A program made the translations under genes and the position numbers. Under the pieces are notes generated by a model. The model saw only the letters and a program-made list of their open reading frames with translations. It did not search any database and was not told the DNA's origin. From Methanobacteriota archaeon (GTDB taxonomy: Archaea; Thermoplasmatota; Poseidoniia; Poseidoniales; Thalassarchaeaceae), in the NCBI GenBank assembly GCA_029977385.1, contig JAPOKZ010000002.1, positions 15,492-79,491 of the forward strand: a DNA stretch of 64,000 nucleotides, read 5' to 3'. Positions 49,083-60,000 of the stretch are shown piece by piece (positions within the stretch are counted from its first letter, which is position 1; each line of letters opens with the position of its first letter).

Positions 49083-50501
49083 CTATAGATAGCGCTCTGG
49101 AATCAACATCTCAACCCCGAATAGTGGGTCGGGATCGGTCGAGTCGTGGTATGCAATGAATGATCCTCCATCCGGGAGTATGCCCATACTGGCGAAGTCG
49201 AATCTGATGTCATTCCCCGCCCCAGAAGTCGAGTCAAGATCCCCCTGTCCGAGATAGGTAAGAACGTCAGGCTCCAAGCTCTGGGAGAACTCACGCACAT
49301 GGTAGGCGACGTCGACGTCCGGTCCCTCTGCGCTCTGGAACCTAACGTTAAGCACGAATAGGTCATGCACCCCGCTAGAGTGGAACTCCCACTCCTCGAT
49401 CTCAGTCGCTCTCTCTGAGAGGTTGTATGACTTGTTTTCCCACGTCTCCCCACCGTCCCACGAAAGCATGTGCATGAGGGAAGTCTGCCCAGAGCTTACG
49501 CAGTGCAGGGCAGTAGATGAGTCGAATGCGCAATACTGTGAGGGCAACGAGGAACCATTCAGGGTCACCCCAGTCCACCAGTTGAGTGAAGTGTCCAGAA
49601 AGGCATCACTTCCGTCAATGAAGTAGCTTGGAAAGTACAGGCCACCAGAGGGAACTGGAAAGGCCCTCATCTCTTTGTGTGGCTTGGTGAAGTCCCACTC
49701 TGGCCCTAGACTTTCGGGACTCAGATCTACCTCCATAACGTCCAGGCTCTCGTCTCTATCCGGGAACCCGAAATAATCGTAATTCAGACCATCTGTTGAT
49801 ATCTGCCCTCCGACGTTCTGGACCTGATGCCAGAAATTCGAAATAACTAGACTGGCCCAAGGTCCGTTGCCATATAGTCCGCCGTTTATCGGGCCCACCA
49901 CCTCCACCTGCCATGACCTATCATAGAATGGCTCTGGAGTCCTATTGAAGCACCAGCTCCACTCCTGGTCCTCAGAATCATAGAAGAATGCGTAGAATTG
50001 ATCAGCTCCGCTTGTGCTTGGGTAGGGAAACCATCCCATCGAGATAAGATCGCCATTGGTTGCCTGAACTATGCTTCCTTCTCCTAGGCCTTCCTGCCCG
50101 GGTACAGTGGGCTTGGGCTCAAGACATCCCAATTGAGAGAAAATACTAGGCCTGTATTCCTGCCAAGTCAGACCCCTATCCTCAGACCATGTCGGATATT
50201 CCCCGCCAAAGTTCAGGATCCATCCCTCCTTGGTCGCCGCTAGGTAATGCTCGCAGCAGTTTCCCCCATGCTCGTTTCCGAACACTGTCCACGTGGCGTT
50301 CCCCCAAGTCTCATTTTCTACTGGATCGGCTACTACGAACATACGCGGATCCTCATGCCCGCTTGGATCAATTAGAACATAGTCGCGATTCCAGTCGAAC
50401 TCCTGTTCGCTCGAGGTTACCTCCTCTAGACAGCCCGGCAAGAGAAACATTAGTGCCAAAGCCAGAGATGCTATTATTCGACCCGGTATCATTGAGAGCA
50501 C
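49083..50501 (-). CDS. Lipoprotein with Asp-box (BNR) repeats, sialidase-like beta-propeller
   Basis: Lipobox LPGC; SEDRGLTW and SWDGGETW Asp-boxes. Confidence 0.65.
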   Translation of the reverse strand: MLSMIPGRIIASLALALMFLLPGCLEEVTSSEQEFDWNRDYVLIDPSGHEDPRMFVVADPVENETWGNATWTVFGNEHGGNCCEHYLAATKEGWILNFGGEYPTWSEDRGLTWQEYRPSIFSQLGCLEPKPTVPGQEGLGEGSIVQATNGDLISMGWFPYPSTSGADQFYAFFYDSEDQEWSWCFNRTPEPFYDRSWQVEVVGPINGGLYGNGPWASLVISNFWHQVQNVGGQISTDGLNYDYFGFPDRDESLDVMEVDLSPESLGPEWDFTKPHKEMRAFPVPSGGLYFPSYFIDGSDAFLDTSLNWWTGVTLNGSSLPSQYCAFDSSTALHCVSSGQTSLMHMLSWDGGETWENKSYNLSERATEIEEWEFHSSGVHDLFVLNVRFQSAEGPDVDVAYHVREFSQSLEPDVLTYLGQGDLDSTSGAGNDIRFDFASMGILPDGGSFIAYHDSTDPDPLFGVEMLIPERYL

Positions 50502-50549
50502 GTACTTCCGTGATGATGGTAATATATCGCACTTTCATAGAATTGATGA

Positions 50550-51983
50550 CTATTCAATTCTCCAAGTAGCTCCGCTTGGACCATCCTCGACTATTACTCC
50601 CATTCCTGTTAGCTCATCGCGAATTTCATCTGCTCTAGACCAGTCCTTTGATTCCCTCGCTTCATCCCTCTCCAAAAGAAGACTCTCGACACGCTGGGAG
50701 ATCTCATCCTTCGCACTCTCCTGGCTCTGAATTTTCTCCAGAACATCAGAATCCTCGGGAAGAATTCCAAGAACATCTCCAGCGTACTCAGAAATCCAGC
50801 GTACGGCTCCAGCAATCTCTCCAGAATCCCCTCCCGAGTCCAGAAGGAATCTCATTCTCTTGGCCACCGACTGCACCTCGACAAGAGCGACTCTCGTGTT
50901 GAAGTCGTCATCCATCCCCGACTCAAATTTACTAGTAGCTTCTTCCAACCAAGAGAACCCTCGCCAGTCCGCGCTTCCTTTCTTCGCCAACCCTTCCCCG
51001 TAGCACGTTACTAGCCTGTGTTGATGAATCTCAGAGTCGTCTATCATTACCTGGTTGAAGTCTACTGGCTGACGATAGGGAGCGTTGATCAGGGTATATC
51101 TCAATACAAGAGGGTCGACTTTCTTCAACGCCTCCGATATTGTCCAGAAGTTGCCCAATGACTTACTCATTTTCTCCCCATCTACGTTGACCATACCGTT
51201 ATGAATCCAGTACTGCACAACTGGATCGTGCCCCAGACAGCATTCTGACTGGAAAATTTCAGCCTCATGATGAGGGAAAATGAGATCGGAACCACCTCCA
51301 TGGATGTCGAACCTCTCTCCTAGGTGCTTGAGTGACATCGCAGAGCACTCGATATGCCAACCTGGCCTCCCATTTCCCCAAGGACTCTCCCACGAAGGCT
51401 CTCCAGGCTTCGCCATCTTCCACAGAGCGAAGTCCCTATGATCCCTCTTTCCAGAACCGGTTTTATCGACCCTCCCACCGGCACCGGATCTGACCATTTC
51501 CAGGGTTTGTCCGGTGAGCTGCCCATACTTCTCTGGGGAAGTATCGATTTCGAAGTAAACCCCATCCTCGGCTAGGTAAGCATTGCCCTTCTCAATTAGC
51601 GACCCAACCATCTCAATTATTTCTGGTATGGTTTCGGTTACTCTTGGGTATGCATCTGCTCTAATTACGTTCAGTGAATCCATAGATTCGAAGTAGTCCT
51701 CGATGTATCTGTTGGAAATTTCTAGGAAGTCAACTCCCTCTTCATTGGCAACTGCGATAATCTTGTCATCTATGTCGGTGAAGTTCGTTATGTAATCGAC
51801 TTCGAACCCCCTCTTGCGCAGCCATCTGACTATGATATCGAATGATATCGCCTGTCTAGCATGTCCAATGTGACTAGGGGAGTAAGGGGTAATTCCACAG
51901 GCATATAGTCCGACCTTGCCTTCTTCTAAGGTCACCAATTCTCTCTTTTTCCGAGATCTAGTGTCGAATACCCTGACTGTCAC
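50550..51983 (-). CDS. cysS: Cysteine--tRNA ligase
   Basis: [42 protein letters not shown] and KMSKSLGN. Confidence 0.97.
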   Translation of the reverse strand: MTVRVFDTRSRKKRELVTLEEGKVGLYACGITPYSPSHIGHARQAISFDIIVRWLRKRGFEVDYITNFTDIDDKIIAVANEEGVDFLEISNRYIEDYFESMDSLNVIRADAYPRVTETIPEIIEMVGSLIEKGNAYLAEDGVYFEIDTSPEKYGQLTGQTLEMVRSGAGGRVDKTGSGKRDHRDFALWKMAKPGEPSWESPWGNGRPGWHIECSAMSLKHLGERFDIHGGGSDLIFPHHEAEIFQSECCLGHDPVVQYWIHNGMVNVDGEKMSKSLGNFWTISEALKKVDPLVLRYTLINAPYRQPVDFNQVMIDDSEIHQHRLVTCYGEGLAKKGSADWRGFSWLEEATSKFESGMDDDFNTRVALVEVQSVAKRMRFLLDSGGDSGEIAGAVRWISEYAGDVLGILPEDSDVLEKIQSQESAKDEISQRVESLLLERDEARESKDWSRADEIRDELTGMGVIVEDGPSGATWRIE

Positions 51984-52009
51984 TGGTTAGTGACATGGCA
52001 CTTCAGACA

Positions 52010-52699
52010 TCAACCCCTCGCTGCTTGAATTAGTGCAGAGAATAGTAAGTCATGCCCCTTACGTTCTGGGTGCCACTGAACCCCTATGCAGAATTTCTTG
52101 TCTCTACGCTCCACTCCTTCGATAAGACCATCATGATCCGCCCTCGCTGAAACTTCCAGGCTCCCAGCATCCGAAACACCCTGATGATGAAGCGAGTTTA
52201 CTGTGAACGAATCTCCCATGATTCTTGCCAACTGTGAATCCCCCTCTACGACCACTCCGTGCTCAGTTGATTTCCCAAAGAAACCGCCATGCCCCTCATG
52301 TCCGGGAGTCGTGTCGAGATGTTGATGCATCCTCCCACCATGTGCAACACTGAGGATTTGCATTCCTCTGCATATGCCTAGGAGGGGCATGTCTCTCTCA
52401 AGAGACCTCTCGATCAGTCCCATCTCTGAATAGTCCTGTTCCGGGTAGAACTCGGTAGTCATCGGGCCGGGCTCCTCGTTGTAATTGGCCGGTGAAATAT
52501 CGGGTCCCCCAGAAACTATCAGCCCATCTATCGAATCCAACAGGCTGGTCATGTCTCCTGCAGGCGGGATAATCATCGGCACCCCCCCAGCTTTGTCAAC
52601 CATTGAAACATACGCCGAAGGCAAGATAGCAGCATGCCTGACAAAATTGCTGTACTGGGCTTCCCTCATGCAGCATGTAATGCCAATGATTGGCTTCAT
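52010..52699 (-). CDS. Gamma-glutamyl-gamma-aminobutyrate hydrolase family (peptidase C26)
   Basis: SGGPDI.P..Y, GICRGMQ, VNSLHHQ and VQWHPE. Confidence 0.88.
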   Translation of the reverse strand: MKPIIGITCCMREAQYSNFVRHAAILPSAYVSMVDKAGGVPMIIPPAGDMTSLLDSIDGLIVSGGPDISPANYNEEPGPMTTEFYPEQDYSEMGLIERSLERDMPLLGICRGMQILSVAHGGRMHQHLDTTPGHEGHGGFFGKSTEHGVVVEGDSQLARIMGDSFTVNSLHHQGVSDAGSLEVSARADHDGLIEGVERRDKKFCIGVQWHPERKGHDLLFSALIQAARG

Positions 52700-53100
52700 T
52701 CGATCACCGAGGACTCTCTTTCCAGTCTGGCACTTCTGAATGACATAACTCCCACTACAGTGAAGGATATCCCTATCACAAGAAGGAGAAGATGCGAGGC
52801 AATTCCAAGCCAGGACATCTCATCAAACGTTGTTGCTATCCTAGCCCCTCCCAATGCCATCAATAGAGCAAAAACCATGGATGCATGCATGTAGTGGTGC
52901 CTGTTAGCAGGATTTCTCACTGAGAGGAATCCAAGAAATAGCATTGGCAGTCCGAAGAAGGCCGGAATCATCGCTGTAATCGATGGGGGGTCCGCACTCT
53001 GGATGAAATAAGCAACCACTCCCCATACGGATAGAATTGCACCATCCATAATCGCAATCTGGGGAACGGTCATCCCGAACATCCTGAACTCTGAGGTCAT
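52696..53100 (-). CDS. Small 4-TM membrane protein
   Basis: Four hydrophobic helices; 'SITAMIPAFFG' and 'HHYMH'. Confidence 0.7.
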   Translation of the reverse strand: MTSEFRMFGMTVPQIAIMDGAILSVWGVVAYFIQSADPPSITAMIPAFFGLPMLFLGFLSVRNPANRHHYMHASMVFALLMALGGARIATTFDEMSWLGIASHLLLLVIGISFTVVGVMSFRSARLERESSVIE

Positions 53101-53169
53101 AATCTCCGGCGAGTGTTCAGATTAATGATTGTCTCGACTGGAGAGACTGAATTCAAATATTGGATTTAG

Positions 53170-55158
53170 CTATGTCTGTCCATGAATCTCTTTGTCCTTG
53201 GCCACAATCTGTTCCCAGAGCAGTTCTGCAACGTCCATCACTTCCATCTCAGCTCCAACTGAGTCAAGTCCATCCTTGACCATAATCGAGCAGAAAGGAC
53301 ATCCTACAGCTACTGTATCGCATCCAGTCTCCGCGAGCTCCTTGGCTCTGATTTCGTTAACTCGTTTGTCAGCATCCTCCTCCATCCACATCTGAGCACC
53401 ACCGGCACCACAGCAGAAGGAGTCCTTCCCACTCTTCTCAGTCTCAACGTCCACGCCTCCTATCACACTCCTAGGCTCATCGACGATTCCTCCTATTCTT
53501 CCTAGGTAGCATGGGTCGTGGAAAGTAATACTGCGGCCATTCTTCTCGACCTCGGGGAGCTTGCCCTCCTCCTGCAATTTAGCTAGAATTTCCGAATGAT
53601 GGAATACCTCCAACTCTTCTCCACCGTAGTCCCCGTACTCTTTTCCAAGTGTGTGGAAGCAGTGTGGACAGGAGGCAATTATTCGCTTTACTCCCAACTC
53701 TTGGAAGGTCATTAAATTCGTCTCTGCTAGCATCTGGAAAAGATATTCGTTCCCAGCTCTCCTTGCTGGATCCCCGGAGCATCCCTCTTGCATCCCCAGT
53801 ATTCCAACATCTAGTCCGGCTTCCTTCAGTAGTGATATGGTGGATCTAGCAACCTTCTGGTTTCGTTCATCAAAGCTAGCAGCACAACCTACGAAGTAGA
53901 TATACTCGGCAGGCTCGCCGATTTTGACATCTAGATCAGAGGCCCAATCAGCCCTCTCGTGCTCCCCGAAACCGTAGGGATTAGACGCAGACTCTATGTT
54001 GCCCATCGCCGTGTTCAGGATTTCGGGGTATTCCATTGTCTCCATCATCGCGTTTCTCCTCAAATCCGTAAGTTTTGGAACATGCTCTATGTAAAGAGGG
54101 CATACATCGACACAAGCATTGCACGTAGTACAAGCCCAAACCGCCTCATCGGAAATGCGCTGCATCATCGTCTCGTCAGGAGTCCCCCCAGACAGGAGAA
54201 TGGGGGCGTGCTCGTTAGCGTAATCTCTGACGTCATGGATAACTTGCATGGGGTTTAGGCCCTTGCCCGAAGCATATGCAGGACATACATCCTGACACCT
54301 AGCACATGAGGTACATGACCATCCGTCAATTAGTTGCCTCCAAGTATACTGCGTGTATGTGCTAACTCCGAATGAGTCTATGTCCAATTCCTCCAGTGGC
54401 ACAGCTAGGCCCTGCTCATCGGTAGCAAGCGGGCGCATCTTCGCCGCTGGGCCAGTGTCATGGAAGAACACGTTGGGAACGGCCATAACCAAATGCATAT
54501 GCTTTGAAAGTGGGATAAGGAAAAGGAATACAGATATTGCCAACATATGCAACCAATACGCTGCTACCACTGTGCTATCTGATAGGCCAAAGAGGCTGAA
54601 TTGGTGTCCTATGGGCTCCCAGAAGGGACTGGGGTCTTCCTTTGATTCGACCATGAATGAGGTTGTGGTGATTGTGAAAATTAGTAGTAGGATCGCGTTT
54701 CCTTCCAACTGCGACTTACCTTTGAGCTTCTCAGGAGTGAATACTACGCGGCGAACCAATGCAGAAACACACCCAATGAGCGCCATTGTGTAGCCCAATT
54801 CGACCATCCCGTTCCAAGGCCCAACAAGAATGTCTGGCAATACTTTTCCCGAGAAAGCATTAGCTGTGGCTAGATCGAACATATCCGATGCTAGCATCAG
54901 GAAGCCCCAGAACATCAGAACGTGCATTGTCCCTGCAACACGGTCTCTCAGAACTTTCTTCTGCCCCAACCAACCGATTATGAATTCCCTGACTCGGGGG
55001 CCCCATGAGTCAAATCTAGAGTCAGGAGAACCTATCATTACTAGACGAGTTGCCTTCTGTACCTGATAGACAAAGAATCCTATAGACAGGCTCCCCATTA
55101 GGAGCAAAATCATCCAACCATCTACCGGCCCGTAAGTCTGTAAGAGGGGGTGCTTCAT
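53170..55158 (-). CDS. Membrane Fe-S oxidoreductase (FadF/HdrD-like, CCG domains)
   Basis: N-terminal TMs with His, CTSCARCQDVCP, CTTCNACVDVCP, FHDPCYLGR and CCGAGG. Confidence 0.88.
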   Translation of the reverse strand: MKHPLLQTYGPVDGWMILLLMGSLSIGFFVYQVQKATRLVMIGSPDSRFDSWGPRVREFIIGWLGQKKVLRDRVAGTMHVLMFWGFLMLASDMFDLATANAFSGKVLPDILVGPWNGMVELGYTMALIGCVSALVRRVVFTPEKLKGKSQLEGNAILLLIFTITTTSFMVESKEDPSPFWEPIGHQFSLFGLSDSTVVAAYWLHMLAISVFLFLIPLSKHMHLVMAVPNVFFHDTGPAAKMRPLATDEQGLAVPLEELDIDSFGVSTYTQYTWRQLIDGWSCTSCARCQDVCPAYASGKGLNPMQVIHDVRDYANEHAPILLSGGTPDETMMQRISDEAVWACTTCNACVDVCPLYIEHVPKLTDLRRNAMMETMEYPEILNTAMGNIESASNPYGFGEHERADWASDLDVKIGEPAEYIYFVGCAASFDERNQKVARSTISLLKEAGLDVGILGMQEGCSGDPARRAGNEYLFQMLAETNLMTFQELGVKRIIASCPHCFHTLGKEYGDYGGEELEVFHHSEILAKLQEEGKLPEVEKNGRSITFHDPCYLGRIGGIVDEPRSVIGGVDVETEKSGKDSFCCGAGGAQMWMEEDADKRVNEIRAKELAETGCDTVAVGCPFCSIMVKDGLDSVGAEMEVMDVAELLWEQIVAKDKEIHGQT

Positions 55159-55261
55159 GAGTGCTCACCGGGGTTTTCCCAAAACCCTCGACCACAAACA
55201 AGACCTTGAAACAACCGCTAAGCAGGCCAACAATCATGTCCTAATGTGTAGGCCACAGGAT

Positions 55262-56233
55262 ATGCCAAGCGCATTCGCACCAGGCAAGTGTATCCTTTTC
55301 GGTGAGCATGCGGTAGTTTTCGGCCATCCTGCTGTAGCTGTGGCTATTGATCAGGGAGTAAGAGTTAGTGTGAAGGCCTCCGATGCGTGGAGTCTCGAGG
55401 GTCAGCCATTCGAGCCTGCTAGGCATCCACATATTTCTCACATCATCAAGAATATCTTCCAGTACAATGGCCAACCTCTGGATATTGACGTCGAAAGCTC
55501 TCTTTTCTCCGCAGCCGGGATGGGCTCTTCCGCTGCTCTATCAAATGCCTTCGGCGCAGCAATGCACTCTCATCTGAACCCCAGCACCCCACTCGATCCG
55601 ATAAAATTAGCAAAAATGGCTCACTCCGCAGAGGCAACAGCCCAGAAGGGCAGGGCAAGTCCGACAGATACAGCAACAAGCGCTCTTGGAGGATGTGTAG
55701 TGGTTTCGGGAGAGAATGTGACAGGTACTAGACATGTTTTCGATACTAGTTTGGAGACTCCCGAAGGATCGAGGAACTGGTCGATAAACGTAGTAGACCT
55801 TCCTTCAGATATTGGCGACGCTTGGTTAGTATTGGGATACTCTGGCACGGGTTCTCCAACTGGAAGAATGGTGGCCAAAGTAGCGCAACTAATCTCCGAG
55901 TCCCCACAGAGGATGGAGGAAATGGAGGCAATTTCGAATATTACTAGGGCAGGATTGGCGGCCCTCTCTGCTGGAAACCTAGAGGGTTTGGGAATGGCAA
56001 TGGATGCCTGTCACGAAAGCCTCAGGAACTTGGAAGTCAGCACCAAAAAGTTAGATCGTATGGTCAGCGCTGTCAGGCCTCACTCCCTAGGTGCAAAACT
56101 GACTGGTGCTGGCGGAGGGGGGTGCATGGTCGCCCTTACACAGGATCCAGCCAGAGTTTCGGAGGCTATCGAGATCGCTGGAGGCAGGCCCCTTCAAACA
56201 AAATTAGGTGCCGAAGGAGTCAGTATTCAGTAG
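55262..56233 (+). CDS. mvk: Mevalonate kinase
   Basis: APGKCILFGEHAVVFG.PA, GMGSSAA, SPTD and KLTGAGGGG. Confidence 0.88.
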   Translation: MPSAFAPGKCILFGEHAVVFGHPAVAVAIDQGVRVSVKASDAWSLEGQPFEPARHPHISHIIKNIFQYNGQPLDIDVESSLFSAAGMGSSAALSNAFGAAMHSHLNPSTPLDPIKLAKMAHSAEATAQKGRASPTDTATSALGGCVVVSGENVTGTRHVFDTSLETPEGSRNWSINVVDLPSDIGDAWLVLGYSGTGSPTGRMVAKVAQLISESPQRMEEMEAISNITRAGLAALSAGNLEGLGMAMDACHESLRNLEVSTKKLDRMVSAVRPHSLGAKLTGAGGGGCMVALTQDPARVSEAIEIAGGRPLQTKLGAEGVSIQ

Positions 56234-56284
56234 CTAAGATTGAAAAAATAGCCACTCCATTTGTTCGCCTTCTTTATATTACCA

Positions 56285-56291
56285 TTTATAA
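56285..56291 (+). promoter_or_regulatory. TATA box of tbp
   Basis: TTTATAA ending 22 nt before ATG 56314. Confidence 0.65.
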
Positions 56292-56313
56292 GAGGGCAGT
56301 CGGTCGTCCTTCT

Positions 56314-57027
56314 ATGCTCAGCGATGAAGAAAGACTTACTGTAGTGAATGTGGTAGCATCTACCAGGGTAGCGGAGGAACTTGACCTCCCGGACATAGCG
56401 ATCCAATTGAACTGTGAATACGAGCCAGAGCAGTTCCCAGGGGTAGTCTACAGGGTAGTAGACCCAAAACTGGCAATTCTGATGTTCAGATCCGGAAGAG
56501 CAGTTTGTACTGGCGGTAAGAACGAGGATAATATCCAGACAGGCATAGAGAGAATGATTGGAGATCTAAGAAACGCAGGAATAGAGACCTGGGATCTGAA
56601 GGACGTCGAGATCGAGGTTCAGAACATGGTAGCAACTTACTCTCTTTTCTATCCCGAGGACTACGGGGAAGTCGCAAAGATGGATGACATCAACACCAAG
56701 GTAATCGATGAAGATGGAGGAATCAGAGCAGCCACCGATGAGGAAGTTGAAAATGAAGATCCAAGGATTAGAGGAATACTGGAAGGGGAGCCTTTGGCAG
56801 CTCTACCAAGAAAACTCAATCTGAACAACCTGACATTCCACCTACCGTTCGACAAGGTTGAATACGAGCCAGAGCAGTTCCCGGGATTGATCTACAGGCT
56901 AGACTACCCCCGAGTAGTGTGTCTTATCTTCGGTAGCGGGAAAATGGTGATTACCGGTGCTAGACATAAGGACGAGATTCTTGAGGCAGTAGAGCAGATA
57001 AAAGACGAGTTAGCAGACCTCCTGTAG
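56314..57027 (+). CDS. tbp: TATA-box-binding protein with 53-aa insertion
   Basis: Two repeats N.VA...EYEPEQFPG..YR...F.SG..V.TG. Confidence 0.95.
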   Translation: MLSDEERLTVVNVVASTRVAEELDLPDIAIQLNCEYEPEQFPGVVYRVVDPKLAILMFRSGRAVCTGGKNEDNIQTGIERMIGDLRNAGIETWDLKDVEIEVQNMVATYSLFYPEDYGEVAKMDDINTKVIDEDGGIRAATDEEVENEDPRIRGILEGEPLAALPRKLNLNNLTFHLPFDKVEYEPEQFPGLIYRLDYPRVVCLIFGSGKMVITGARHKDEILEAVEQIKDELADLL

Positions 57028-57068
57028 AGTTCAACCAATGTTATTGGGCAGACCTGCCTGCGAAAGCT

Positions 57069-60000
57069 ATGCGCGCCGCCTCCATAGCTAGTATGGCCGT
57101 CTTCATTCTCGCCTTTGCACAAATTTCCCATTCTATTTCGCCCGATGATCTCCATTTCTCAGACTCCAACCCTATTGAATCCAAAGTGCAGGCAATGACA
57201 ACCACTGGGACTGCCGATGTCCCAATTTGGCGGGTAAATGACAACTGGATGTACGATGGGTTCCTAGACGTGGGAGATTTTGTTGCGGACTCGGGAGTAT
57301 CCACTAATGTCGAAACGCTAGATGGGTCGCTAGATAGAACTGTGGAGGACATCTTCTTGATGGAAATAGACGGTGAGGAAACTCTAGTTTACGAGGTAGA
57401 ATCGGTCGGAGAATACGAGTCAGACGGGGTAATACAAATCGATGGGACTAGTGGCTGCCTCTATGTGGACATGCAAACAACCGAGATAATCAGAGTTTCT
57501 GATCTAGCCACTTATTCACAGGAAGTAACAGTTGACGTATACTTTGATCCGCTGTTCTTCGGATGCGCATCTTGGTTGAGGCAGGATATCGGAGAGCTCG
57601 TTGTCGAGAATACATATGAGCCCCCATTGGAGAACTATGACTTCCCAATCTCGGTAGGAGAATCCTGGGCGATGGATTACGAACAAGCCACTGATTACAG
57701 CGGTTCCAGCAATTACGTCGACATACCCGATGACTCGAGCGACTCCAACTCAACCAGTTGGGCGGTAGTGAGCCAAGGAAACTCAGGAGTTGCCTACCCA
57801 GGATGCTACCAGTCATTCAACGTCACAGCATACGACTCTGACGGAGAAGAGACCGGATTCAATTGGTACTGTCCAGCCGTACGAGGGGAGGTAAAGAGTA
57901 CTATGGAGCAGGCTTTCGGGTTCCTTGCAGTACATGAGCTAGTGAGTTATCAACCAGTTCAAAGGGGGAAGTTGGTCTCTATCGATGTCCAGTACCCACT
58001 CTCGCCCACTGATATCGAGATATCCGCCTGGATCAATGTTACTGATCAGGGCCAAGGCGTATCGGGGCAAGAGATACAGTTCAGATACGAATCAGATCAA
58101 CAGTTTCAGAATGTGACAACTGATGAAAATGGATCATATCACATCGTTTTCAATACAGGATCCAATCCAGATGATACCGATGGACCTGGAGAGCTAGGCA
58201 GCCACGGAATAATCGCTTGGATTAGCAATGAGCGGATAATCGGTGGTAGGACCCTGATGATTGACTCAGAGATCCATGAGATAGACTTGGTGACTAGATC
58301 ATCAGCAGTTACTGTACAGAGGTTCCGACCCTCCACGGGGAACCAATTGACTCTGGACTCATCGATTGGTTTTGCTGCAATCTCTGGAGATGTCCTGACC
58401 TTCTCCGTACCTGTATTTAATAGAGGACTGATTCAATCCCCTAACTCCACAATAGTGGTAAGTGCCCCCGATGGGGGAGAAGTGTTCGGTACAGTTCCAC
58501 CACTAGGGAGCCTACAGGAATCGAGGGTATCGGTGAACTGGACAGTCCCCGAGTCGCAGCAATTCGGAAACGTGTATCTGTTCTTCGAGGTTGATCCTCA
58601 AGAGGAAATCTCCGAGGATGGGAACAGGACGAACAACCAGGGCTCGTTTGTCCTATACATTGGAGGTCTACCCCTGGCCTTCCTTTCACACTCCAGTGAG
58701 GTCCAGACCCATGAGATAGTGACACTTGACGCCTCCTCCTCATACGATTCAGATGGAGGGTATATCGAATGCGAGTTCCACATCCAGAAAATAGATGGCT
58801 CAACATTCCAGGAAACCGATGAAGACTGTATCTTGGAATGGTCTTGGCCAGATGATGGAACTTTCTCTATTGAGGTATTAATTACCGACGGAGAGAGCGA
58901 TGCGATCTCAGCCCAGTCTACAATCTCAGTAGTCAATAGGCCCCCGGAGATTTCCATTGGCACTGACAACGATGAAGTCGTTGTGACCAACCAAATCACT
59001 TTCTTCGTGACCAATAGCAGCGATATCGACACACTGAACCCCTCCGCACCAGTGGAGATTCTGTGGAATGCTGGATGTTCGGAGGGCCAGGTAGGACAGT
59101 CTTGTACCTTGACTCCGATAGTAGAGGGCAACCTAACCGTTTCAGTCATGGCAACAGATGACGACGGAGCCATAACGATGGCCCAACACTCAGTTCACGT
59201 AACCAATATTGCCCCGTCCAATCCTGTCGCTGAACTATACTTGGGTGAGACTAGAATTTTCCCGGATAGCAGAGGCGTATTCACCGTACTAGAGGGGGAC
59301 GAAGTCACATTCTGGGGCCAGGCGGACGACTCCTCGAACGATATAGAATCTCTAAAACATGTCTGGAAGCCGTATGCAGAGGATATTCCAGAGCTTAATT
59401 TCTCCAGCTTCGGTGAGAGGAGTACCCTTTCAGGGATTACATACAACACTTCGGGAATGCATCTCGCAACTCTTCAGGTATTCGACGACGACGGAGAATC
59501 AACAGAAGTCCTGATTGTGCCCATACAAGTGGAGAACGTAGCACCTGAAATTTCACCTATTACCACTACTTTGGGCGAACTTGAAGAGGATGAGGATTTT
59601 ACTATTTTACCCCAGGTAATAGAAACAGGAACCGACTCAGAGCGACTTGTTCAGTGCTTCGATCTTGATCCCGAAGATGATTCGAATTCAGACGGACAGC
59701 CTGGAAACGATTGCGACGTGGAATCTCCATTCCTTGCCTACTCATGGCCAGACTCGACTTCTGCCCCCGACTCCCTCATCTTCCACGTTACAGACGATGA
59801 TGGCGAATCTGCATCAATCGAGTTCTCCTTCTCCGTTGTTAACACGCCCCCGGCTGCTTACGCCTCTGCAAGCGTCTCTAATCCCACCGAAGGGGACTCA
59901 ATCGTGCTTTCTGCCAATGGGACCGTAGACTCCCAAGCAGATATGGATTCATTGGATTTCCACTGGGATATCGATATCACCCATGACTCCGATGGCGATG

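Noticed and set aside
31647..56122. Repeated GGTGCTGGCGGAGGGGG near 31647 and 56105
   Set aside because: Both encode the GAGGGG motif of GHMP kinases; not a DNA repeat element
56641..56802. Intein in TBP
   Set aside because: Too short (53 aa) and no C-terminal HN/N + C/S/T junction
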